Shown in pieces: positions 8,311 through 16,809 of a stretch of DNA of 32,686 bases. Under the pieces are notes generated by a model. It was not told the origin of the DNA, did no database searches, and saw only the letters and a list, made by a program, of their open reading frames with translations. The position numbers were made by a program, and so were the translations under genes. Source of the DNA: an uncultured bacterium (lineage in GTDB: Bacteria > CAZDME01 > JAYEMH01); contig CAZDME010000008.1 in assembly GCA_964506785.1 (NCBI GenBank), forward strand, positions 1 to 32,686, given 5' to 3'. The first letter of the stretch is position 1. Each line of letters starts with the position of its first letter.

Positions 8311-8510
8311 AAATCTTCTCCCTTCTGGACTTTCACCCCGTTAGAAATCACCTTTAACGGTTACCGCCGGCAACCTATTTCTAACGGGGTTAACCATCGG
8401 CCCTGGATTCACACCAGGTCCATCCGCTCAAAGCTTCTAGCGGAGTTGCGGGCTTTCCTACTCTTACAGGACTACCGCCGGTCGGGAATTCCACCCTGCC
8501 CCGAAGATTT
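8311..8510 (-). ncRNA. FMN riboswitch (RFN element) containing a palindromic insertion
   Basis: Minus strand AAATCTTCGGGGCAGGGTGGAATTCCCGACCGGCGGT...AAGCCCGC...CCTGGTGTGAATCCAGGGCCGATGGT[insert]GAAAGTCCAGAAGGGAGAAGATTT, directly upstream of the rib operon. Confidence 0.95.
8336..8389. mobile_element. Palindromic element, copy 3 (54 bp), inside the FMN aptamer
   Basis: Perfect 13-bp inverted repeats CCCCGTTAGAAAT (8336-8348) / ATTTCTAACGGGG (8377-8389); flanks TTCA / TTAA. Confidence 0.85.
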
Positions 8511-8517
8511 CCGCTTT

Positions 8518-8545
8518 ATTCTAACACAAAAAAAAGAACTGTCAA
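8518..8545 (-). promoter_or_regulatory. Sigma70-type promoter of the rib operon
   Basis: TTGACA (8545-8540), 16-nt spacer, TAGAAT (8523-8518) with TGn extension, immediately before the riboswitch. Confidence 0.75.
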
Positions 8546-8577
8546 CTATTTTCTGCCGCTCGCCTGGATTCTGCCGC

Positions 8578-8802
8578 TTACGGCTTATTTCTTTTCAATT
8601 TCTTTATTAACTGCTTGATTCCCTTGGTTCTCTTTTTAGTCAATCTTCTGTTTATCGAGAACTCAAATTTTATGATATCTCCTTCTTTGGCCTCTTTTGG
8701 CAAATACTTCTCTGGGAAATTTATCTCCTGACCTTTTCTATCAAGTAAAACCGCCAGATTCTCTTCGAACCGGTCTATAACTAAATTAATTTTCCCCTTC
8801 AT
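8578..8802 (-). CDS. DUF3006-like small protein
   Basis: VIDRFEENLAVL...LPKEAKEGDII pattern with a basic C-terminal helix. Confidence 0.8.
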   Translation of the reverse strand: MKGKINLVIDRFEENLAVLLDRKGQEINFPEKYLPKEAKEGDIIKFEFSINRRLTKKRTKGIKQLIKKLKRNKP

Positions 8803-9464
8803 AATCTAATTACCATTCCCATCCTCGAAAGGATTATCTGAAGGCCCCAAAACATCAGAATCAAACCAGCAAAAATTTTCAAAACTTTTAAAAACTTTGT
8901 TTTTGGGATTTTCTGCGGGATGAATCCAGAGAACGCTCCTAGAACAAGCATGGGAGAAATAGTTGTTCCCAAGCCAAAGGCTAAAGTTAGAAGGACGCTT
9001 GAAATTAAATTAGTTGCCTTAATGAAAATATAGGCAAAAACAGCCATCAAAGGCCCGCAAGGGATAATCCCCATCAAAAGCCCCAGGATGAAAACCGTCT
9101 TCAGGTTATGCCTGGTCAATAATTTCCCTAATCCCGGACAAATATTTAATCTATGCTTTCCTAAAATTAGCAAAAAACCGATAAGGAAAATAAATAACCC
9201 GAAAAAAATCTGGAGTTCAAAATTAAACTGGCTTTCCAGGAAGCTATCCAGGTATATTTGTTTGCCTAAACCGAGGAGTAAACCGAATAAAATACAAATG
9301 GTAATTCTTCCCGCCGAAAAAATTAAAGTAGCCTGGAGTCCCTTTTTCCAATTTCCCGCAGTCCCTAAAACGAAGGGAAGGAGAATCGGCGCGCAAACCA
9401 ACAGACAGGTGCTTGAACCGACAAAAATTCCGCCTAAAAAAAGTTCTAAAAAATTTTTATTCAT
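8799..9464 (-). CDS. Sulfite exporter TauE/SafE / DsbD_2-like membrane protein
   Basis: About 6 TM helices with CxxxC (CLLVC), GR, PCG and AFGLGT motifs. Confidence 0.8.
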   Translation of the reverse strand: MNKNFLELFLGGIFVGSSTCLLVCAPILLPFVLGTAGNWKKGLQATLIFSAGRITICILFGLLLGLGKQIYLDSFLESQFNFELQIFFGLFIFLIGFLLILGKHRLNICPGLGKLLTRHNLKTVFILGLLMGIIPCGPLMAVFAYIFIKATNLISSVLLTLAFGLGTTISPMLVLGAFSGFIPQKIPKTKFLKVLKIFAGLILMFWGLQIILSRMGMVIRL

Positions 9465-11047
9465 CTCTTTTTTTCATGAAAAACCTGGGCGGTAAAAATA
9501 TACACCTCGGCATTTTCCCGCCAGGCCCCTCGAGGAAGTCCGGCTTTTTCACAAATTCTTTCTAAAAATTCGGCCCGGTCCCAGCCGTATTCGGCGGCTA
9601 CTTGAGGGAGAAGCAATCCAGAATAAATACCCCGGCGGATTACCAGTCCGTGTTTGCCTACTTCAATTCTATTTACATCGGCAATTTTTTCCAAAGGGGA
9701 CAAAACAGAAATTTCGATTTCAATATCCGGAAGTTCCTCCTTAGTCACCGGGGGAAAACGGTGATCTTTAAGGGCGGCTGACAGGGCTGCCTGAGAAACA
9801 GCCTGATAAAGAGGCAAAACTGCCTCGGGGAAACCGATGCATCCGCGCAACCTTCCGCTTTTATTTAAAGTGACAAACGCCCCGCCCAACTTTTTAAGAC
9901 CGTCACTTTTTACCTGAAACTCAGGGATATTCTCTCCTTCTAAAGCATTTTCAATAGATGCCCGGGCAATTTCTAAAAGAAGCCGTTGTTCTTCCTTATC
10001 TAAATCTGACAATTTTCCTTCCTCCTTTCTTACTTTCTCTGTTTTTTCTTCCCGGTAAAAAGCAATAGCGCTATAACCAACAACCCGTTCCTTATCTCTT
10101 AACCAAGGAGGGGCAGTATCTCCGGAATTGGCGTATTTTAAAATTCTCACCTTATCGGCTCCCAGCTCCTTGGCCACTTCCATAATTGTAAGTACACATC
10201 CGGCGCCGCACCATTCACATTGGCCTCTCTCAATGCTGTTATATAACCCCTGGATATCAAATCTCTTGATAAAACCGAGGCTTTTCTTATCAATAGCCGC
10301 GGCCTCTTCATAATTATGGTAATGGGACATATCCGAGCTGGCAATAAGAATAAAAGATTCCTCGGGCAGATTATTCAATATCGCCTCTTTTAAAATCTCA
10401 ACCATATCCCATTTATAACTTCCCATCAGAATCGGCACAATGGTAAACCCCGTTAGGGAATCCCCTTTTTCCCCGGCGCTAACTTTACTTGTGCTTTGTG
10501 GCCCCGACCAATTAATATTTTTTTCTAACGGGGTAAATTCATTTCCCCAAATTTTCTGCAAAAAAGGAAGTTGAACTTCAAGTGAGTGTTCACCGTAATG
10601 GGCTAAGGGGTGAGTTCTTATTTTATCGGAAAAATCCAAAAATCTCTGAGCTAATACTTCGTTAATCGGCACCTGGCCCAAAGGCGTTTCATACATTCCC
10701 CGGGGAAGAATTGAAATGTAATTATAACGAAACTGGTGGCTGGGGCCGATTAGAATTACGGTTTTTTTTGGCTTATTCTCAATTGCCTTGTAGGCATAGG
10801 CGGCTACCGCTCCAGAAAAAGTGTATCCGGCATGAGGAACGATTAAAGCAAGCACTTCTCCCTGAAGTTTTAAATCCGGTGCTTTACCTAAATAACTTTC
10901 CACTTCATTAGAAAGCTTCGCTTCTTCATCGGAATAGAATTGCCCAGCTACGGCCGGCTTCCTTATACGCATCTCCTGGGCGCCGGCAGACACTAATATA
11001 AAAAAAACTAAAATTAAAACGCTAATTGAAGTGATTAAGTCCTTCAT
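9461..11047 (-). CDS. AmmeMemoRadiSam system protein B (MEMO1-like) fused to protein A (AMMECR1-like), with signal peptide and a 30-aa in-frame insert
   Basis: RKPAVAGQFY, PHAGY, GPSH, EHSLEVQLPFLQ, SSDMSHY, VVGY (MEMO domain); then GAFVTL, LRGCIG, DHRFPP, EISVLS, GLLLPQVA (AMMECR1 domain). Confidence 0.93.
   Translation of the reverse strand: MKDLITSISVLILVFFILVSAGAQEMRIRKPAVAGQFYSDEEAKLSNEVESYLGKAPDLKLQGEVLALIVPHAGYTFSGAVAAYAYKAIENKPKKTVILIGPSHQFRYNYISILPRGMYETPLGQVPINEVLAQRFLDFSDKIRTHPLAHYGEHSLEVQLPFLQKIWGNEFTPLEKNINWSGPQSTSKVSAGEKGDSLTGFTIVPILMGSYKWDMVEILKEAILNNLPEESFILIASSDMSHYHNYEEAAAIDKKSLGFIKRFDIQGLYNSIERGQCEWCGAGCVLTIMEVAKELGADKVRILKYANSGDTAPPWLRDKERVVGYSAIAFYREEKTEKVRKEEGKLSDLDKEEQRLLLEIARASIENALEGENIPEFQVKSDGLKKLGGAFVTLNKSGRLRGCIGFPEAVLPLYQAVSQAALSAALKDHRFPPVTKEELPDIEIEISVLSPLEKIADVNRIEVGKHGLVIRRGIYSGLLLPQVAAEYGWDRAEFLERICEKAGLPRGAWRENAEVYIFTAQVFHEKKR
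10448..10533. mobile_element. Palindromic element, copy 4 (86 bp), in frame within the MEMO domain
   Basis: CCCCGTTAG(GGAA) ... (TTTT)CTAACGGGG with direct repeat TAAA (10444-10447, 10534-10537); 86+4 = 90 bp = 30 codons. Confidence 0.88.
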
Positions 11048-11056
11048 TTTTCATCT

Positions 11057-12181
11057 CTAATGGGGCCAAATTCCCGGGATGGCTTCCCCGCAAAACTTGC
11101 AAGCACCTTCTTTTATGTTATTCCGCACAATCAGGTAACCTTTCCGTTCAATAAGCAGCTTGCCGCACTTCGGGCAATAGGTGTTTTCCGCGGGATGTCC
11201 GGGAACATTGCCGATATAGACATAATGCAATCCAACTTCCTTGGCAATCCGGTATGCCTTTTCTAAAGTTTTTACCGGCGTCGGAGGCAAATTTCTTATT
11301 TTATATTCCGGGTGGAAACGGGAAAAATGAAGGGGAACATCCTTGCCTAAATTATCCTTAATCCAGATGCACATCTTTCTGATTTGCTCTGGCTCGTCAT
11401 TAAGAGTGGGGATAACTAAATTGGTTATTTCAATCCAGACCCCTTCGCTTTTTAGTATTTTTAGTGTTTCCAAAACTGGCTGAAGTTCAGCCGAACAGGC
11501 TTTTTGATAGAAATCTTTAGAGAATCCTTTTAAATCGACATTTCCTCCGTCTAAATACGGCGCAAGCCCCTTAAGCGGTTCAGGATTGATATATCCGCAG
11601 GAATGAAAAAGATTGAGTATTTTTTCTTTCCTGGCGGCTTTGGCTATGTCGAGCATATATTCATAGAAGCTGGTTGGCTCGGTATAAGTATAAGCAATTG
11701 AAGGACATTTTTTTCTTTTAGCCGCTGCCACCACTTCTTCCGGGGGTAAATTATAGTTATAGGTGTGTTCAGGAGTAGTTTGGGAAATAGTCCAATTCTG
11801 GCAAAATTTACATTTTAAATTACATCCGGCGCTGGCTATAGAAAAAACCGAACTTCCGGGGAGGACATGAAAGAGCGGCTTCTTTTCTACCGGATCGATA
11901 TGCCAGGTGCAAGGATAGCCATAGGTTAAGGTAAAAAGCTTTCCTCCCTTATTGATTCTTACCCTGCACCCCCCCCTTTGCCCTTCGGAAATTAGACAGC
12001 GCCGGGGACAAAGAAGGCATTTGACCATTTCATTATCTAATTTTTTATAAAAAGAGGCCTCTTTCAATTTAAAGAGGCCATAAAAAGATTCTTTTAAACC
12101 CTTAGCCAATACCCCTTCTGAGAAAAAAAGAAGTAAAGATAAGGAAATGATAAATAACCCGACTTTTTCTCTTCTCGTCAT
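11057..12181 (-). CDS. amrS: AmmeMemoRadiSam system radical SAM enzyme
   Basis: CLLCPRRC, DPVEKKPLFH, radical SAM motif CNLKCKFCQNW, YTYTEP, HFSRFHP, YVYIGNV, TYCPKC. Confidence 0.93.
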   Translation of the reverse strand: MTRREKVGLFIISLSLLLFFSEGVLAKGLKESFYGLFKLKEASFYKKLDNEMVKCLLCPRRCLISEGQRGGCRVRINKGGKLFTLTYGYPCTWHIDPVEKKPLFHVLPGSSVFSIASAGCNLKCKFCQNWTISQTTPEHTYNYNLPPEEVVAAAKRKKCPSIAYTYTEPTSFYEYMLDIAKAARKEKILNLFHSCGYINPEPLKGLAPYLDGGNVDLKGFSKDFYQKACSAELQPVLETLKILKSEGVWIEITNLVIPTLNDEPEQIRKMCIWIKDNLGKDVPLHFSRFHPEYKIRNLPPTPVKTLEKAYRIAKEVGLHYVYIGNVPGHPAENTYCPKCGKLLIERKGYLIVRNNIKEGACKFCGEAIPGIWPH

Positions 12182-12250
12182 TCTGCTTTGCCGAGTCTAA
12201 ATACATCTTTGTTTAAAATTTTTCTCTGTCCTTTTGATATTGGATTTTGC

Positions 12251-15200
12251 CTATGCTGAAGGAACAGCTTCTGAAGTCAAACTCGGTTCGGGCTTGCCTT
12301 GGGTAAGTTTAACTGAAACGATTTTGGAAATACCGGCTTCTTCCATAGTTATGCCGTAGATAATATCGCTGGAGGCAATCGTCTCTTTATTGTGAGTAAT
12401 GACGATAAACTGGGTTTTGTTAGCAAAATCTTTTAGGAGAGAGCCAAAACGGTGAACATTGGCCTCGTCCAAAGCGGCGTCAATTTCATCTAAAAGACAG
12501 AAAGGACTGGGTTTAACTTTAAAAAGGGCAAAAAGTAAGGCAACGGTGGTTAAAGCTTTTTCCCCCCCGGAAAATAAACTTATATTCTGTAATTTCTTCC
12601 CGGCCGGACTGGCGACTATTTCAATACCGGAAGTAAGAATATCCCCTTCATCTTGAAGGATTAGTCTGGCATCCCCGCCGCCAAAAAGAATCCGGAAAAT
12701 TTCAGAAAAATACCTTTGAATTTGAGAAAATGTTTCCATAAAAAGGGCTCGGGTAGTTTGATTAATCTCTTGAATCGCCTTAAGTAAAGATTCCTTGCTT
12801 TTTTTCAAATCTTCACTTTGGCTTTTAAGAAAATGAGAGCGCTCTTCCAGTTCTTTATGTTCGTCAATAGCTACCAGATTAACCGGTCCCATAGATTGCA
12901 ACCGCTCTTTTAAAAAGTCAACCCGGGATTTCAGTTCGTCTATATTCTCTACAGATTCCTCTGTCTTCTCTTCAGGCAAAGAAAATCCATAGGTATCTCT
13001 AAATCTCTCAACTAAATTTTTAGCTTCGGCTTCAATGGTGGCTATGTCCACATCTAAACTGTGGCTTTCCTCCCGGGACAATCCTTCTTCTTTCACTAAA
13101 GCCTTATAGAAAGCTTCGTTCTCATTTAAAATGTTTACTAATTTTCCCTTTTCCCCGCGAAACCCTATAATCTCTTTATCCAATTCTTCCGTTTCTTTAA
13201 GCTGTAAATCTATTTTTCCCTTTAAATTTTTTATATTCTTTTTCAGAGCCTCTTTTCGTTCTTTGCGCTTTTCTAAATCCTCTTCCCAGCGGCTTATCGA
13301 GCTAACGCTTTCTTCACTTGTTCCTTCAAGATGGCTGGTCATAAAAAAGAAAGAGGTTTCTTTCTCTTTTATAATTTTTAATTCGGCCTTTAAATTTACT
13401 ATGTTCCCCCGGATAGATTCCAGCTCGCTTTTTTTCCCCTCATATTCCAATTCTTTATTTCTAAGCTGAGATTCTACCTTCTTTATCGACTCCTCTTTTA
13501 TCTCAAGTTCGCCAAGCAGCTTATCCTTCTCGCCTTCCAACCTTTGGGAAATTTCTTCTTTTCGTTCTTTCTCTTCGTCCTCTATTGCTTTTAAATTCCG
13601 CTTTAAAGAGCCAAGTTCGTTTTCTATTTTTTTAAGCTCGTTTTCCCGAGAAATAATCTTTAATATCTCCGGCGGGCTTCCCCCGGAAACAAAACCAGGA
13701 ATTTTAATTAGTTCGCCCGTTAGGGCAACTATCTGCCAGGGTGAAGTTAAAAGGGTAGAGATTTCCTCCGCTGAATCAAAATCTTCCACCACCAAAACCC
13801 GGCCTAAAAGGTAATTGAAAAGAGGTCGGTGTTTGGTTTGGCAATCAATTAAATCTGAGGCTTTTCCGGTAACTTTTGGGTTCGCTGAAATCGAATCTGG
13901 AATTTTTATTTCAGTCTTTTCTGAGAGCTGCTCGAGAACGATAAATTCACCTCTCCCCATTTTTTCCTTTTTTATAATCCCCAGACCTCTTTTAGCTGAT
14001 GAAAAGTCTTCAACCACTAAGGTTGAAAGATAAACGGATAAAGCTGCTTCAATAGCCAGACGATACTCCGGCCTAACCTTGAAAATTTGCCCAACTTTTC
14101 CCTGCGTTTTATGAAAATAATCTTCAAGCCTTTCGGAGCCTTTTAACCTTTTAAGTTCTTCTTCTTTCAACTTAAGAGAGCTGGAAACTTCGGTTTTCCG
14201 GGCATAAATATTTAAGAATGAATCCTCTAAATCTTTATTAAGCCGGGCAGCTAAAAGCCCCAGCTTGTTTTTAATCTGACTGGAAGCCCTTACTAAATCA
14301 AAGATTTCCAATTTCATTTCTGAAAGTTCTTCTTTGAGTCCTTCGCCTTCTTTGGACTTTTGAGAAGCTTCCTCTTCCAGCAAGGATAAATCCTTTTCCT
14401 TTTCTTTCTCTTCGAGGGCTAAATCTTTTAGCTTCTCATTAGCGTCTGCTAATTCCTGGCCTCTTTCTTTCTCCTTCTGGCTTAAGAATTCTAATTGCAC
14501 CACTTTATTCTCTTCATCTTCCTTTATTTCATTTAAATAGCATTCGGAATCCTGAATTTTCTCTCTGAGGCCTTCCACCTCTTTCTTTTTAACTATATTT
14601 TGCGTTTCCTTTTTATTTAAATGGATATCTATTTCCGCTAAAGCCGGTCTTAATTTTTCGAGTTTTGCTTCTATCTGGCCAATTTTTTTTGCCAATTCCG
14701 CTTTTTTCTCCTGTACCTGAATATTCTCTTTATCTTTTTTCTTCAAAATAGATTCTAATTCGCGCCAGCGATTCTTGCCCAGCCTAATTTCTAAATCATC
14801 CAGTTCTTCTTTATATTTCTTATACCGCCGGGCCTTTTGAAAATGCCGGCTGATTGAATTAAGCTGCCGGTCAACTTCAGCAATAATATCGCCCAAACGG
14901 ACAAGATTTTGTTCCGTTCTTTCCAATTTACGCAGCGATTCTTCTTTCTTCACTTTATATTTCATAATCCCGGCTGCTTCTTCAAAAAGTATCCGCCTTT
15001 CCTCCGGAGAAGAACTAAGGATTAAATCCATCTTCTCTTGATCAATCAAAGAATAGGCCTTTTTGCCCAAACCCGTATCCATAAAAAGTTCCTCAATATC
15101 TTTCAACCGGCAAAGGTTTTTATTTATATAATACTCACTTTCACCGGAGCGAAAGAGCCTTCGTCCGACGCTTAATTCGCTAAATTGAATCGGGAAAATA

Positions 15201-15466
15201 CCCTGGCTGTTATCCAGGGTTAAGAAAGCCTCGGCTAAACCGAGAGGCTTCCGATTCTCGGTGCCAGAGAAGATTATATCTTCCATCTGGTTGCCTCTAA
15301 GCATTCGCGGGCTCTGTTCGCCTAAAATCCAACGGATGGCATCAGCGATATTAGTCTTACCGCTGCCATTAGGTCCAACAATAGCGGTAATACCCGGTTC
15401 AAAAATAATTTTGACCTTCTCGGGAAAAGACTTAAAGCCAAAAATTTCCAGTTTTCTAAAATACAT
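12251..15466 (-). CDS. smc: Chromosome segregation protein SMC
   Basis: GFKSF, Walker A GPNGSGKTN, coiled coils, hinge (ALTGELIKIPGFVSGG), signature FSGGEK, Walker B/D-loop LLDEIDAALD, ITHN. Confidence 0.97.
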   Translation of the reverse strand: MYFRKLEIFGFKSFPEKVKIIFEPGITAIVGPNGSGKTNIADAIRWILGEQSPRMLRGNQMEDIIFSGTENRKPLGLAEAFLTLDNSQGIFPIQFSELSVGRRLFRSGESEYYINKNLCRLKDIEELFMDTGLGKKAYSLIDQEKMDLILSSSPEERRILFEEAAGIMKYKVKKEESLRKLERTEQNLVRLGDIIAEVDRQLNSISRHFQKARRYKKYKEELDDLEIRLGKNRWRELESILKKKDKENIQVQEKKAELAKKIGQIEAKLEKLRPALAEIDIHLNKKETQNIVKKKEVEGLREKIQDSECYLNEIKEDEENKVVQLEFLSQKEKERGQELADANEKLKDLALEEKEKEKDLSLLEEEASQKSKEGEGLKEELSEMKLEIFDLVRASSQIKNKLGLLAARLNKDLEDSFLNIYARKTEVSSSLKLKEEELKRLKGSERLEDYFHKTQGKVGQIFKVRPEYRLAIEAALSVYLSTLVVEDFSSAKRGLGIIKKEKMGRGEFIVLEQLSEKTEIKIPDSISANPKVTGKASDLIDCQTKHRPLFNYLLGRVLVVEDFDSAEEISTLLTSPWQIVALTGELIKIPGFVSGGSPPEILKIISRENELKKIENELGSLKRNLKAIEDEEKERKEEISQRLEGEKDKLLGELEIKEESIKKVESQLRNKELEYEGKKSELESIRGNIVNLKAELKIIKEKETSFFFMTSHLEGTSEESVSSISRWEEDLEKRKERKEALKKNIKNLKGKIDLQLKETEELDKEIIGFRGEKGKLVNILNENEAFYKALVKEEGLSREESHSLDVDIATIEAEAKNLVERFRDTYGFSLPEEKTEESVENIDELKSRVDFLKERLQSMGPVNLVAIDEHKELEERSHFLKSQSEDLKKSKESLLKAIQEINQTTRALFMETFSQIQRYFSEIFRILFGGGDARLILQDEGDILTSGIEIVASPAGKKLQNISLFSGGEKALTTVALLFALFKVKPSPFCLLDEIDAALDEANVHRFGSLLKDFANKTQFIVITHNKETIASSDIIYGITMEEAGISKIVSVKLTQGKPEPSLTSEAVPSA

Positions 15467-15473
15467 CCCTAAA

Positions 15474-15520
15474 CCTCAATTTGTTGAGTCACACCAGGCT
15501 TTCGACACTATATATGGTAT
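15474..15520. promoter_or_regulatory. Tandem NrdR-box-like palindromes upstream of smc
   Basis: ACACTATATATGGTAT (15505-15520) and CCTCAATTTGTTGAGT (15474-15489), 31 bp apart, resembling the NrdR consensus acaCwAtATaTwGtgt. Confidence 0.6.
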
Positions 15521-15542
15521 ATAATCCGGGGGGAGGTGTCAA
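15514..15542 (-). promoter_or_regulatory. Sigma70-type promoter of smc
   Basis: TTGACA (15542-15537), 17-nt spacer, TACCAT (15519-15514). Confidence 0.65.
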
Positions 15543-15571
15543 GAAAAATTTCTCAGCGAAACAAAAAGTTG

Positions 15572-16411
15572 TTATTTTAAGCGAAGGGATACCCGTGAAG
15601 ATCTATCTAAAATAAAAAGCAGCGCACTGGAAAGTAAAACCAGGCCCAGGCTGATAAGCTGAGATAAAGTAAGTGAGAAAAAATAGAAATTGGCTTCATA
15701 GAAGCGGAATTTTTCGATAAAAAACCGGAACAGGCCGTAAAGAAAAATGAAAAACCAAAAAAGCATTCCATCTTTTTTTACCGCATATTTTTTAAATCTT
15801 TTATCATCTCTCAAAATGATTAGTCCGACAAAAATAAAAAGGCAAAATAACGAAGAGTAGGCTTGAGTGGGAATAACCGGCAGACTAAATTGGCTGCCAG
15901 GCTCTATTAATCCACGGGATATTTGTTCAAGGCATACCGGGGAATTTTCTTTACAGGGAAAGATAAGGCCGAATTTTTCCGAAATTCGGCCAAAACAACA
16001 GCCATTTAAAAAACAGCCAATCCGCCCGATGGCTAAACCTAAACTGACGCTTGGCGCCGTCAAATCGGCAAATTTCCAAACGGATATTTTGTTTTTTAAA
16101 AGAAAAATAACCGCGGTCAGGCTGGCAAAGATAAACCCCCCGTAAAAAATTAAGCCCCCCTGCCAGATTTTTAGAATCTCCCCGGGGTGGCTAAAGTAAT
16201 AGTCCCCGTAAATAAGAACATAAAAAATCCGTGCCCCCAGAAGGCCTGACAATAAAATACAGATGCTGGCATCAATAATTTTATCTGGATTAATCCCCTT
16301 TCTGGCAGCATTTTGCCAAGCCATATAAGTAGAAATAAAAAAAGCCAGGGCAACCATCACTCCATAAGAATAGATTGTCACGGGACCCAGACGAAATATT
16401 ATCCGGTGCAT
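15572..16411 (-). CDS. lgt: Prolipoprotein diacylglyceryl transferase
   Basis: IYSYG, GARIFYV, IWQGGLIFYGG, GRIGCFLNGCCFG, PTQ, RFFIEKFR. Confidence 0.95.
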   Translation of the reverse strand: MHRIIFRLGPVTIYSYGVMVALAFFISTYMAWQNAARKGINPDKIIDASICILLSGLLGARIFYVLIYGDYYFSHPGEILKIWQGGLIFYGGFIFASLTAVIFLLKNKISVWKFADLTAPSVSLGLAIGRIGCFLNGCCFGRISEKFGLIFPCKENSPVCLEQISRGLIEPGSQFSLPVIPTQAYSSLFCLFIFVGLIILRDDKRFKKYAVKKDGMLFWFFIFLYGLFRFFIEKFRFYEANFYFFSLTLSQLISLGLVLLSSALLFILDRSSRVSLRLK

Positions 16412-16809
16412 TATCGTTTTACCTTAGTCTTCCCCTTATCGATAGACTCTACTATCTTATCCCTTTTTCCCTCTTCGACATTAACAAAACATAGACGCAG
16501 ATAGTAGCTGTGAGTAGGGCTTTTTTCCGCTTTTACCAAACGGGCAAAAAGGCAAATAGGCTCTTGTTCCGGCAGTTTAATTTCAAGTTTTAATAGATTG
16601 TTACAGAGAAGCATCTCTTCTTTTAATTCGGAAACCTCTAGAAGCATTCCTCCTCCGCTTATATTCCGGCAGAGGCCTAAATAAGACAACTCTACCTCTA
16701 TATCCTTTAGAACCTTAGGGATAACCGTATATTGAACCGGGAATAAAACATTAACTCTAGAATACTTTCTTCTTTCATGCTTTTTCCAGGGTTTCGCTCT
16801 GAATACCAT
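16411..16809 (-). CDS. PilZ-domain protein (c-di-GMP receptor candidate)
   Basis: ERRKYSR (RxxxR) and NISGGG (D/NxSxxG) motifs. Confidence 0.85.
   Translation of the reverse strand: MVFRAKPWKKHERRKYSRVNVLFPVQYTVIPKVLKDIEVELSYLGLCRNISGGGMLLEVSELKEEMLLCNNLLKLEIKLPEQEPICLFARLVKAEKSPTHSYYLRLCFVNVEEGKRDKIVESIDKGKTKVKR

Noticed and set aside
291-10537. Constant repeats with unique interiors read as a CRISPR array
   Set aside because: The repeats are inverted pairs dispersed over kilobases, not tandem direct repeats, and there are no cas genes in the window.
13714-13726. GCCCGTTAGGG in smc as another element end
   Set aside because: It has no partner arm and encodes the conserved hinge residues ALTGE.
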